The notes below the pieces were generated by a model, which was not told where the DNA came from, did not search any database, and saw nothing but the letters and a program-made list of their open reading frames with translations. A program made the translations under genes and the position numbers. A stretch of DNA of 38,016 bases from Thermohalobaculum sp. (GTDB taxonomy: Bacteria > Pseudomonadota > Alphaproteobacteria > Rhodobacterales > Rhodobacteraceae): positions 1 to 38,016 of the forward strand of contig JAVVFE010000001.1 in assembly GCA_032251175.1 (NCBI GenBank), written 5' to 3'. This document shows, piece by piece, positions 19,117 through 27,967 of this stretch; the first letter of the stretch is position 1, and the number at the start of each line of letters is the position of its first letter.

Positions 19117-19839
19117 GTGGCACGTCAAGCCCTGTCCGTCGAGATCGCCGATCAGCTCAGGCGCGACATTTTGCGCGGCAAGCTCGCCCCCGGCGCCCCG
19201 ATCAAGGAGCGGGTGCTCGCCGAGGAGATGGATGTCAGCCGCACGCCGATGCGCGAGGCGATCCGGATTCTGGCGAAGGAGGAGCTGGTGCTGCTGCGCC
19301 CGGCCCGCAGCCCGATCGTGGCCAATCCCAGTTTCAATGAGATCGCCGACTCGGTCGAAGTGCTGCGGGCGCTGGAACTGCTGTCGGGCGAATTGGCCTG
19401 CACGAACGCCACCGATGCCGAGATCGCGCAGATCCGGGCGCTGCACGAACGAATCGCCGAAGCCTACGACCGTGTCGATACGCTCGATCTGTTCGAGATC
19501 GACATGCAGTTCCACATCGCCATTGCCCAAGCCTCGCACAATCGCGCGCTGTCCGACACGCACAAGGCGTTCCTCGCGCGCCTGTGGCGTGCGCGCTATC
19601 TGTCGGCAAAGCAGCGCCGCAGCCGCGACCGCGTGCTGCGCCAGCACGGCGCCATCGTCGCCGGGCTGGAACAGCGCGACCCCGGCCTGGTGAAGACCGA
19701 GATCGCGGCGCATCTGGAGGCCCTGCTCGACAACATCCGCAGGTATCTCGACGCTGGCGAGGCCGCAGACCTGCCCGAGCCCGCACCGTCTGGAATGGCC
19801 CCTGCATGCGCCACGACCGCGGGCGAGCGTTCGGCCTGA
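19117..19839 (+). CDS. GntR family transcriptional regulator (FadR/FCD domain)
   Basis: IADQLRRDILRGKLAPG..IKERVLAEEMDVSRTPMREAIRIL HTH; FCD motifs DMQFHIAIAQASHN and QHGAIV. GTG 19117 follows GGAG. Confidence 0.92.
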   Translation: MARQALSVEIADQLRRDILRGKLAPGAPIKERVLAEEMDVSRTPMREAIRILAKEELVLLRPARSPIVANPSFNEIADSVEVLRALELLSGELACTNATDAEIAQIRALHERIAEAYDRVDTLDLFEIDMQFHIAIAQASHNRALSDTHKAFLARLWRARYLSAKQRRSRDRVLRQHGAIVAGLEQRDPGLVKTEIAAHLEALLDNIRRYLDAGEAADLPEPAPSGMAPACATTAGERSA

Positions 19840-19933
19840 AACTTCGCGACAGCCAGACCTACCAGGCTTTGCTACAGCGTGCCGCTGCATCGCTCAGCCC
19901 GGCAACGGCGCTGCGTGGTCGCGCCGCGCGCTT

Positions 19934-19948
19934 TGTGACAGAGTTACA
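19934..19948. promoter_or_regulatory. Inverted repeat TGTGAC-AGA-GTTACA upstream of pdo; candidate Crp/Fnr-family site
   Basis: Near-palindrome in an AT-rich patch; matches GTGAC-N3-GTCAC at 25219. Confidence 0.6.
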
Positions 19949-20017
19949 CATATAAAACTTGTGATTACGCGGCCGCTCGCTACCTTTCGGACACCCCCGC
20001 AGCGAGAGGAGCCCGCC

Positions 20018-20878
20018 ATGCAGCCTCAGGTCACCGCATTCTTCGACGAGCCCACCAACACCGTCTCCTACGTCGTCAGGGACCCGGCAAGCCAGGCCTG
20101 CGCCATCGTCGATTCGGTGCTCGACTTCGACAACGCCGCCGGGCGCACCGCAACCGAATCCGCCGACGAGATCATCGCCCATGTCCGCGAGCGCGGCCTG
20201 ACGGTCGAGTGGCTGCTCGAGACCCATGTCCATGCCGACCACCTGTCGGCCGCCCCCTACCTGCAACGCGAGTTGGGTGGCCAGATTGGCATCGGCGAGA
20301 ACATCCGCGTCGTGCAGGACACCTTCGGCAAGATCTTCAACGCCGGCACCGAGTTCCAGCGCGACGGCTCGCAGTTCGACCGGCTGTTCCGCGAGCAGGA
20401 CCGCTTCGCGATCGGCGGGCTTTCCGGCTTCGTGCTGCACACGCCCGGCCACACGCCGGCCTGCCTGACCTATGTGATCGGCGACGCCGCCTTCGTCGGC
20501 GACACGCTGTTCATGCCCGACTTCGGCACGGCGCGCTGCGACTTCCCCGGCGGCTCGGCCGAGGTGATGTGGGACTCGGTTCAGAAGATCCTGTCGCTGC
20601 CCGACGAGACGCGCATCTTCGTCGGCCACGACTACAAGGCCCCGGGCCGCGAGGTCTATGCCTGGGAGACGACGGTCGGCGAGCAGAAATCGCGCAACGT
20701 CCACATCGCCGGCAACACCGTCGAGGGTTTCGTCAAGACCCGCGAGGCGCGCGACAAGACGCTGGGGATGCCCAAGCTCATCATCCCCTCGATCCAGGTC
20801 AACATGCGCGCGGGCCGGATGCCGCCGGCCGAGGACAACGGGACGGTCTATCTCAAGGTCCCGATCAACACGCTCTGA
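20018..20878 (+). CDS. pdo: Persulfide dioxygenase (MBL fold, ETHE1/Blh/SdoA type)
   Basis: ETHVHADHLS, HTPGHTPAC, GDTLFMPDFGTARCDFPGG, GHDY, PKLIIPSIQVNMRAG; GAGGAG RBS before ATG 20018. Confidence 0.92.
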   Translation: MQPQVTAFFDEPTNTVSYVVRDPASQACAIVDSVLDFDNAAGRTATESADEIIAHVRERGLTVEWLLETHVHADHLSAAPYLQRELGGQIGIGENIRVVQDTFGKIFNAGTEFQRDGSQFDRLFREQDRFAIGGLSGFVLHTPGHTPACLTYVIGDAAFVGDTLFMPDFGTARCDFPGGSAEVMWDSVQKILSLPDETRIFVGHDYKAPGREVYAWETTVGEQKSRNVHIAGNTVEGFVKTREARDKTLGMPKLIIPSIQVNMRAGRMPPAEDNGTVYLKVPINTL

Positions 20879-20971
20879 TCCGGCCGGGCGGCGGGGCGCA
20901 TCCGCCCCTCTCTCCGGCACATGACACGCAGCCAATGCGCAGCGAGCCGCCCGACGGCCAAGGGAAGGAAC

Positions 20972-22693
20972 ATGATGGACATCAAGCGCATATCGCCCGA
21001 GCTTTCGGTCAGCCCGCAGATCGCCATCGCGGATCTGGGCGTCGCGGCCTCGCAGGGCTTCCGCAGCATCGTCTGCAACCGCCCCGATGGCGAGGGCGAG
21101 GGTCAGCCAGCATCGGCCGAGATGCGCGCGGCGGCCGAGGCCCACGGCCTCGACTTCCGCTATCTGCCGGTGGTCTCGGGGCAGGTGTCGGACGCGGATG
21201 TGGCGGCCTTTGCCCGCGCTATGGCCGAACTTCACGGGCCGGTTCTGGCCTATTGCCGCACCGGCACGCGCTCGGCGACGCTGTGGTCGCTGTCGAAGGC
21301 GCCGCGGCTGTCAGCGGATGCGATCCTCGCGGCGGCAGGGGCTGCGGGCTATGACCTCGCGGGACTTCGGCCGCGGCTCGAGGCGTCGGCGGGCAAGGTG
21401 GTGGCACTTGCGCCCGCCGTGCGCCACGAGGTGGTGATCGTCGGCGGCGGCGCGGGCGGGATCGCCACGGCCGCGAGCCTGCTCAGGCGCCGCCCCGGGC
21501 TCGACATCGCCATCGTTGAGCCGCGCGACGAGCATTTCTACCAGCCCGGCTGGACCCTGGTCGGCGGCGGCGTGTTCCACCGCGCCCAGACCATGCGGCC
21601 GATGGCCGAGGTTATGCCCCGGGGCGTCAAGTGGATCCGCGCGGCGGTCGACGGGTTCGAGCCGAAGCGATCCGAGATCGTGCTCGAGGACGGCACCCGC
21701 ATCGGCTATCGCGCGCTGGTGGTCAGCCCCGGCCTCAAGCTCGACTGGGACGCGGTCGAGGGCTTGCGCGACACCCTGGGCAAGAACGGCGTCACCTCGA
21801 ACTACCTGTTCGACATGGCGCCCTACACCTGGGAGCTGGTGTCGAACCTGCGGGGTGGCAAGGCGCTGTTCACGCAACCGCCGATGCCGATCAAATGCGC
21901 GGGCGCGCCGCAGAAGGCGATGTATCTGGCGGGCGACGCCTGGACCCGCTCGGGCCGTCTCAAGGACATCGAAATCGAGTTCTGCAACGCCGGCGGTGTG
22001 CTGTTCGGCGTCGCGGATTATGTGCCGGCGCTTCAGGAATATATCGGCAAATACGGCGTCACGCTCAGCCTGAACCATAACCTCGTCGCGGTCGACGGGC
22101 CTGCACGGAAGGCGTGGTTCGCGACCCCCGAGGGCCGGGTCGAGCGCGCGTTCGACATGCTGCATGTCTGCCCACCGCAGCGCGCGCATGACCTCATCGC
22201 GCGCTCGGCCCTCGCGACCGCCGCGGGCTGGATGGAGGTGAGCCACGAGACGCTCCAGCACCCCCGCTTCGGCGACGTGTTTGGCCTCGGCGACGGCTCA
22301 TCGGCACCCAACGCCAAGACCGCGGCGGCGGTGCGCAAGCAGGCCCCCGTGGTGGCCGAGAACGTGCTGGCGGTGCTGGACGGGCACGCGCCGCGGGCGG
22401 TCTATGACGGTTATGGCTCGTGCCCGCTGACGGTCGAGCGCGGCAAGATCGTGATGGCCGAGTTCCTCTATGGCGGCAAGCTCGCGCCGACCTTCCCGGC
22501 CTGGATGATCGACGGCACGAAACCCTCGCGCCTCGCGTGGCTGCTCAAGGAGAAGATGCTGCCCTCGATCTACTGGCACGCGATGCTCAAGGGCCGCGAG
22601 TGGCTGGCCCGCCCGCAGATCCTGCCGATGACCCCGGCCGCGCACGAGGCGCTGCCCGCCTGCGAGACCGAAGCCCCGCGCAAGGCGTCGTGA
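20972..22693 (+). CDS. sqr: DUF442 (TIGR01244) sulfurtransferase fused to type II sulfide:quinone oxidoreductase
   Basis: N-domain SVSPQI...CNRPDGE...AYCRTGTRS; then GGGAGG FAD motif, YQPGWTLVGGG, IKCAGAPQK, YDGYGSCPLT, YWHAMLKG. Confidence 0.92.
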   Translation: MMDIKRISPELSVSPQIAIADLGVAASQGFRSIVCNRPDGEGEGQPASAEMRAAAEAHGLDFRYLPVVSGQVSDADVAAFARAMAELHGPVLAYCRTGTRSATLWSLSKAPRLSADAILAAAGAAGYDLAGLRPRLEASAGKVVALAPAVRHEVVIVGGGAGGIATAASLLRRRPGLDIAIVEPRDEHFYQPGWTLVGGGVFHRAQTMRPMAEVMPRGVKWIRAAVDGFEPKRSEIVLEDGTRIGYRALVVSPGLKLDWDAVEGLRDTLGKNGVTSNYLFDMAPYTWELVSNLRGGKALFTQPPMPIKCAGAPQKAMYLAGDAWTRSGRLKDIEIEFCNAGGVLFGVADYVPALQEYIGKYGVTLSLNHNLVAVDGPARKAWFATPEGRVERAFDMLHVCPPQRAHDLIARSALATAAGWMEVSHETLQHPRFGDVFGLGDGSSAPNAKTAAAVRKQAPVVAENVLAVLDGHAPRAVYDGYGSCPLTVERGKIVMAEFLYGGKLAPTFPAWMIDGTKPSRLAWLLKEKMLPSIYWHAMLKGREWLARPQILPMTPAAHEALPACETEAPRKAS

Positions 22694-22703
22694 GCGATCC
22701 CGT

Positions 22704-22761
22704 CGGGGCCGCCCTGCCGCGGCGGCCCCGGATCAGCCTGCCGGCGGGGTCTCCCGCCGGC
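22704..22761 (+). terminator. Two tandem GC hairpins between sqr and sulP
   Basis: CGGGGCCGCC-N7-GGCGGCCCCG (22704-22730) and GCCGGCGGG-N4-CCCGCCGGC (22740-22761), followed only by a short TTT. Confidence 0.5.
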
Positions 22762-22793
22762 GGCTTTCCCGTCAGTGCGAAAGAGCCCGAGCG

Positions 22794-24554
22794 ATGCTGA
22801 GACGCTACTTCCCGATCCTCGACTGGGGCGCGCGCTATGACCGCGACACGGCGGTCAGCGACCTCGTGGCGGCAGTGATCGTGACCATCATGCTGATCCC
22901 GCAGTCGCTGGCCTATGCCATGCTGGCGGGGTTGCCGCCCGAGGTCGGGCTCTATGCCTCGATCGCGCCGTTGGTGCTGTATGGCGTGTTCGGCACCTCG
23001 CGGGTGCTGGCCGTCGGGCCGGTCGCGGTGGTCTCGCTGATGACGGCTGCGGCGGTGGGGCAGGTCGCGGCGCCGGGGACGCCCGAATACCTCGCGGCGG
23101 CGCTGGCGCTCGCGCTGATGTCGGGGCTCATGCTGACCGTGATGGGTGTGTTCCGGCTGGGGTTCCTCGCGAATTTCCTCAGCCATCCGGTGATTTCGGG
23201 CTTCATCTCGGCCTCTGGGATCATCATCGCCGCAAGCCAGCTCAAGCATATCCTCGGCATCCCGGCCTCGGGGCACAACCTGTTCGACCTGATGGTCTCG
23301 TTGGCCTCAAACCTGGAACAGGTGAACTGGCCGACGCTGGCGATCGGGGTCTCGGCCACGGCCTTCCTGTTCTGGGTGCGCAAGGCGCTGAAGCCGCTGC
23401 TGATCCGCGCGGGGCTGCGCCCGCGCCTTGCCGACCTGATCGCCAAGGCGGGGCCGGTCGCGGCGGTGGCTGTGACGACGCTCGCGACCTGGGTGCTCGG
23501 GCTCGATCAGGCCGGGGTCAGGATCGTGGGCGCGGTGCCACCCGGGCTGCCGCCGCTCAGCCTGCCCGCCGTCGATCTCGATCTGTGGGGGGCGCTGGTG
23601 GTGCCGGCGCTGATGATCTCGGTGATCGGCTTCGTCGAATCGGTGTCGGTCGCACAGACGCTCGCGGCCAAGCGGCGCCAGCGCATCGTGCCGGATCAGG
23701 AGCTTGTGGGCCTGGGCGCCGCCAACCTCGGTGCGGCCTTCACCGGCGGCTATCCGGTGACGGGCGGCTTTGCGCGCTCGGTGGTCAATTTCGACGCGGG
23801 CGCCGAGACGCCGGCCGCCGGCATCTTCACCGCCATCGCCATCGGGGTCGCGACGCTGACGCTGACGCCGCTCTTGTATTTCCTGCCGAACGCCACGCTT
23901 GCGGCCACCATCGTCGTGGCGGTGCTGAGCCTGGTCGATCTGGGCGCGCTGAGGCGGACCTGGGCGTATTCGAAGGGCGACGGGATGGCGCAGGCGGCGA
24001 CCATCGCGATGACGCTGGCGATGGGGGTCGAGGCGGGGGTGGTCGCGGGCGTCGCCCTCTCGATCGTCCTGCACCTGTGGCGCACCTCGCGCCCGCATTC
24101 GGCGGTGGTCGGCCAGGTGCCGGGGACCGAGCATTTCCGCAACGTCGCGCGCCACGAGGTGGTGACCGCGCCCGAGATCTTCTCGCTGCGGGTGGACGAG
24201 AGCCTCTACTTCCCCAACGCCCGCTTTCTCGAGGACCGCATCTCGGACGCGGTGGCCGCCGATCCCGCTATCCGCCATGTCGTGCTGATGTGCCCGGCGG
24301 TGAACTTCATCGACGCCTCGGCGCTCGAAAGCCTCGAGGCGATCAACCAGCGGCTGCGGGACGCGGGGGTGGCCCTGCACCTCTCCGAGGTCAAGGGGCC
24401 GGTGATGGACCGGCTGCGGCGCTCGCATCTGCTCGATGATCTGTCCGGCCGGGTGTTCCTGACGCAGTTCGACGCCGTCCACGCCTTGTCACCCGAGTTG
24501 GCCGAGCGCACGCTGCGGTCTGAACGGATCGACACCTTGAAGCGGACGGCATGA
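22794..24554 (+). CDS. sulP: SulP family anion permease with STAS domain
   Basis: IPQSLAYAMLAGLPPEVGLYAS, FGTSR, GGYPVTGGFARS, STAS motifs LRVDESLYFPNA and VNFIDASALESL. Confidence 0.95.
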   Translation: MLRRYFPILDWGARYDRDTAVSDLVAAVIVTIMLIPQSLAYAMLAGLPPEVGLYASIAPLVLYGVFGTSRVLAVGPVAVVSLMTAAAVGQVAAPGTPEYLAAALALALMSGLMLTVMGVFRLGFLANFLSHPVISGFISASGIIIAASQLKHILGIPASGHNLFDLMVSLASNLEQVNWPTLAIGVSATAFLFWVRKALKPLLIRAGLRPRLADLIAKAGPVAAVAVTTLATWVLGLDQAGVRIVGAVPPGLPPLSLPAVDLDLWGALVVPALMISVIGFVESVSVAQTLAAKRRQRIVPDQELVGLGAANLGAAFTGGYPVTGGFARSVVNFDAGAETPAAGIFTAIAIGVATLTLTPLLYFLPNATLAATIVVAVLSLVDLGALRRTWAYSKGDGMAQAATIAMTLAMGVEAGVVAGVALSIVLHLWRTSRPHSAVVGQVPGTEHFRNVARHEVVTAPEIFSLRVDESLYFPNARFLEDRISDAVAADPAIRHVVLMCPAVNFIDASALESLEAINQRLRDAGVALHLSEVKGPVMDRLRRSHLLDDLSGRVFLTQFDAVHALSPELAERTLRSERIDTLKRTA

Positions 24555-25216
24555 CGGAAACGCTCGAACAGGCGCTCGCGCGCGCGGCCCCCGACCTGCC
24601 CGCCGGCTTGCGTGCCGCCATCGCGGCGCGCTCGAGCCGGGTGCGGGTCGGCGACGGCTATCGCCTGTTCGGGCCGGGCGACCGGTCCGAGAGCTTCCTC
24701 ATCCCCCTCAGCGGCTCGGTCCGGGTCGAGCATATGGGGCCGAGCGGGCGGTCGGTCGTGCTCTACCGCGTCGCGGTGGGCGAGAGCTGCGTGATGACCA
24801 CCTCGTGCCTGCTGTCGGGCGCGGCCTACGAGGCCTATGGCTATGCCGAGGGCGATGTCGAGGCGCTGGCGCTGCCCGCGCGCGCCTTCCGCGAGTTGGT
24901 CGAGCAGGAACCCGCCTTCCGCAACCTCGCGCTCAGCGTGTTTTCCCAGCGCATCATCGAGCTGGTCGACGTGATCGACGAATTGCTGCTGCACCGCGTC
25001 GACCTGCGGCTGGCGGGGTGGCTGGCCGAGCGCGCCTCGGCCGAAGGGGTGATCGCCGCCACGCATCAAGCCATCGCATCCGAGCTTGGCACCGCGCGCG
25101 AGGTGGTCTCACGCATCCTCAAGGAGTTCGAACGGCGCGGCTGGGTCGGTTTGAACCGCGGCGAGATCCGGCTGGGCGACATCGCGGCCCTGAAAACCTT
25201 CGCAGCCACCCGCTGA
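24551..25216 (+). CDS. Crp/Fnr family transcriptional regulator
   Basis: cNMP-like domain (LSGSVRV...GR.VVLY...GESC), RLAGWL, HTH THQAIASELGTAREVVSRILKEF; ATGA overlap with sulP. Confidence 0.92.
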   Translation: MTETLEQALARAAPDLPAGLRAAIAARSSRVRVGDGYRLFGPGDRSESFLIPLSGSVRVEHMGPSGRSVVLYRVAVGESCVMTTSCLLSGAAYEAYGYAEGDVEALALPARAFRELVEQEPAFRNLALSVFSQRIIELVDVIDELLLHRVDLRLAGWLAERASAEGVIAATHQAIASELGTAREVVSRILKEFERRGWVGLNRGEIRLGDIAALKTFAATR

Positions 25217-25218
25217 CG

Positions 25219-25231
25219 GTGACGACGTCAC
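25219..25231. promoter_or_regulatory. Perfect inverted repeat GTGAC-GAC-GTCAC upstream of the DUF2892 gene
   Basis: Immediately after the Crp/Fnr stop; same geometry as the 19934 box. Confidence 0.6.
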
Positions 25232-25292
25232 TGACCGCCCGCGCGATCCGCGCGAGACTTGCGGCCAAGACGTCACCCAGTGGAGAATCATC

Positions 25293-25487
25293 ATGAAGTT
25301 CACCGCCAATGTCGGCACCACCGACCGGATCCTGCGCATCGTGCTGGGCCTCGTGCTGATCGGGCTCACGCTCGGCGGCCAGATCGGGGTCTGGGGCTGG
25401 ATCGGCGTCGTGCCGCTCGCCACCGCCTTCCTGAAATTCTGCCCGGCCTATGCGATCCTCGGGCTGCGCACCTGCAAGGAATGCTGA
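25293..25487 (+). CDS. DUF2892 (YgaP-like) small membrane protein
   Basis: NVGTTDRILRIVLG...WGWIGVVPLATA..FCPAYAILGLRTC signature; GGAG RBS. Confidence 0.9.
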   Translation: MKFTANVGTTDRILRIVLGLVLIGLTLGGQIGVWGWIGVVPLATAFLKFCPAYAILGLRTCKEC

Positions 25488-25524
25488 GCACGACCCGCAC
25501 CGCAGGCGGAGGAAGGAGGCTCCC

Positions 25525-26121
25525 ATGCTCAAATCCCTGATCACAGCGAGCGCGCTCGCCATGGTTCTCGCCACGCAGGCCAGCGCGGGCGAGATCCGCT
25601 CGAGCGTCGATGCCGCCACGCTCGGCAAGGGCAAGGCGACACCGCTGGGGCTATATCTGACGCCACATGACGCGCACGCGGCGCTGTCGGCCGATCCCTC
25701 GATCGTCTTCATCGACGTGCGCGACCCGATCGAGGTGGCCTTCGTCGGGCATGCGGCGGGGATGGACGCCAACATTCCGGTCAAGATCGCAACCCATCGC
25801 TTCGTCGCCGACAAGGGCACCTATGCGATGGAGGACAACGCGCAGTTCGTCGCCGAGGCGAGGGCGCTGGTGGCGCGCGAGGGGCGCACGGCCGCCGATC
25901 CGGTCTTCGTGATGTGCCGTTCGGGCGGGCGCTCGGCCGAGGCGGCGCGCGCCCTGATCGACGCGGGCTTCACCAATGTCTGGAGCCTGGTCGAGGGCTT
26001 CGAGGGCGACAGCGACGCAGCCAGCGGCCACCGCGATACCAATGGCTGGCGCAATGCCGGGCTGCCCTGGTCCTACAAGCTGACCGCGGCCCAGGCCTGG
26101 CAAGCGGGCGCCGCACACTGA
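25525..26121 (+). CDS. Exported single-domain rhodanese/sulfurtransferase
   Basis: Signal peptide (..ATQASA), FIDVRDP.E, active loop MCRSGGRS, GFEG...GWRNAGLPW; AAGGAGG RBS. Confidence 0.88.
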   Translation: MLKSLITASALAMVLATQASAGEIRSSVDAATLGKGKATPLGLYLTPHDAHAALSADPSIVFIDVRDPIEVAFVGHAAGMDANIPVKIATHRFVADKGTYAMEDNAQFVAEARALVAREGRTAADPVFVMCRSGGRSAEAARALIDAGFTNVWSLVEGFEGDSDAASGHRDTNGWRNAGLPWSYKLTAAQAWQAGAAH

Positions 26122-26349
26122 TCCTGCGCCGTCCGGCGCGGGGGGCGCGGCGAAACGCATGGCTTGTCGCGCGCGGCGCGGCGTTGGTATGCGCGCCGCG
26201 CGATCGCAGGGGACCGGCCGCCGCAAAACGCCGGCCAACGTGCGAAACCATGCCTGCCGCATGCGTCAATGACGCTGGCCCCAGTGTGTTCCCGATGCAC
26301 AACCTGGCGTTTTTATGGCGACCCCCTTCAAAACCAGCCCGGGAAATCG

Positions 26350-26367
26350 CTGTTCCTCCGCCAACAG
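26350..26367. promoter_or_regulatory. CTGTT-N8-AACAG inverted repeat; candidate Clr/CRP-type cyclic-nucleotide-responsive site
   Basis: TGTT-CCTCCGCC-AACA at 26351-26366; AATAAT -10-like hexamer at 26388-26393 would centre the site at about -41.5. Confidence 0.5.
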
Positions 26368-26444
26368 GCACGGTATACAGATACGTGAATAATACCGGCG
26401 TCCATCGCATCGCGGGGACAGTTCAGGCAAGATTGGACGGATCG

Positions 26445-27275
26445 ATGGCCCGAAATCTGTTGAAGTCCTGCACCATGGTCAGCGTGGTAGCCTGCGCCTG
26501 GCCGGCCCTTTCGGCAACAGATGCGCCCGTCACGCCCGCGATTGCCGAGGCCATTCTCGCGGCATCCACCGCGCGCGAGATCACGGCCGTCGCGATTGCC
26601 AATCCCGAAATTGCGGCGACCGCACTTTGCGCAGCAGCGACGCTGGGCATTGCAACCCCCGCCGAGGTGGTCTCGGCAGGGATCGCAGGCGGCGCGAGCC
26701 CCGACGCCCTGCGCGCGCTTCAGGGCGCTGCCGCGGAATGCACGGACGGCCCGACCACCGCCGTCATCCCCGCCTCGGAAGCGCCGGGCACGCCCCCCAG
26801 CACGGTCGCAGCCCAGATCGCAACCGCCGAGATCGATCAGGTCGCCGCGTCCGGCTCACGGCTGAAGCTGGCCTCGCAGACCGAAATCGCCAAGGCGAAC
26901 TGCGAACTGTTCAGGGTCCAGCGTCACCAGGCGGCTGAACTTGTCCCGCAGGAACAGTGGACGCGCGAACAGGCTCAGCTTTTCCCGTTCATCCTGGATG
27001 ATACCGGGCTGCTGCCGGAATTCCAGATCGACGAAAACTGGCGCCGGGCCTGCCTCACCGACTTTGGCCTCGACGTCGCGGCCGCCGGCGCGATCCCACC
27101 CGGATCCGAGCCGCTGGGCGGTGCCGCGGTCGGCGCCGGCCTCCCGCCCGAGGAGGAGATCGAGACCGCCACGCCGGGCAACGATTCGGGACTTCGGCCA
27201 AACACGCCGACCTTCATCCCGCCGCCCTTTGTCGATCTGCCCTCCGAGTCCCAGGAAAACCCCAGCCCGAGCTGA
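26445..27275 (+). CDS. Hypothetical exported protein, Ala-rich with Pro/acidic tail
   Basis: Signal-peptide-like MARNLLKSCTMVSVVACAWPALSA; 276 aa from ATG 26445; no family recognised. Confidence 0.7.
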   Translation: MARNLLKSCTMVSVVACAWPALSATDAPVTPAIAEAILAASTAREITAVAIANPEIAATALCAAATLGIATPAEVVSAGIAGGASPDALRALQGAAAECTDGPTTAVIPASEAPGTPPSTVAAQIATAEIDQVAASGSRLKLASQTEIAKANCELFRVQRHQAAELVPQEQWTREQAQLFPFILDDTGLLPEFQIDENWRRACLTDFGLDVAAAGAIPPGSEPLGGAAVGAGLPPEEEIETATPGNDSGLRPNTPTFIPPPFVDLPSESQENPSPS

Positions 27276-27331
27276 GATCGATCCGCGACGCCTGCCGCCG
27301 ACGCGAAGGCGTTGCCGGTCTCGGCTGCGCC

Positions 27332-27868
27332 TTACTGCGCCACGTCGGCCCAGACGCAGTTCCCATCGTTCGAGCAGACCGTCGCGCCGCCATGCATCAG
27401 CAGCAGGTTGGTCTCTCCCGGTGTGACCGAGAAATCGAAACTGGTGCCGCGCACGCCGATCGTCGCCGCTGGCGTGTGGATCAGGTAGGCGTCCTTCGGG
27501 CCCGAGCCGGTGATGAAGCGGAACGCCCCACTGAACGCCCGCACCACGAACTGGTTGTCGGCCGCCCCCGAGCGGAAGACATACTGGTCGAGCACCAGAT
27601 TCGAGTTCGGCCCGATCACCATGCGCGTCCCGTCCTTGAACAGGAGCTGCGCCTCGCCCACCGAATCCGTCTTGACCCGTTCGCCAAAGAACACCTCGGC
27701 GCCCGACACCAGCGCGCGCTCGCCGACATTGCCTTCGGCCGTCGCGCTGTCGATGACCGCCTTGGCCTCGCCGATCTGCTCGGCGGCGCCTGCGACGCCT
27801 GCCGCCAGACTGATGGCGGTACCAGCAGCGGCCGCAAGGCGCGAGAACTTCAATCTTGGGTTCAACAA
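27332..27868 (-). CDS. Stand-alone FecR-domain exported protein
   Basis: GERVKTDSVGEAQLLFKDGTRMVIGPNS.L, GAFRFITG, IHTPAATIGVRGTSF are FecR signatures. TTG 27868 follows GGGGAG; a signal peptide follows. Start is uncertain. Confidence 0.85.
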   Translation of the reverse strand: MLNPRLKFSRLAAAAGTAISLAAGVAGAAEQIGEAKAVIDSATAEGNVGERALVSGAEVFFGERVKTDSVGEAQLLFKDGTRMVIGPNSNLVLDQYVFRSGAADNQFVVRAFSGAFRFITGSGPKDAYLIHTPAATIGVRGTSFDFSVTPGETNLLLMHGGATVCSNDGNCVWADVAQ

Positions 27869-27967
27869 CTCAGCACTCCCCGGGCATCTCGACTGCCGCC
27901 GCTTGCAGCGGCAGAAAGCTTCCAAAAGCCGTCCGTCATACAATTTCTCGTTTCACACGCGCGAGTC

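Noticed and set aside
24551-25216. The Crp/Fnr gene as the cAMP receptor for the CHASE2 cyclase
   Set aside because: It is coupled to sulP and sits beside DUF2892/rhodanese genes, and I do not see the Arg-containing phosphate-binding cassette of cAMP-binding CRPs. A sulfur role is more parsimonious, though not proven.
25914-26444. N-terminal 177 aa of the 453-aa ORF
   Set aside because: Overlaps the rhodanese gene and the promoter-like spacer; the signal peptide begins at ATG 26445.
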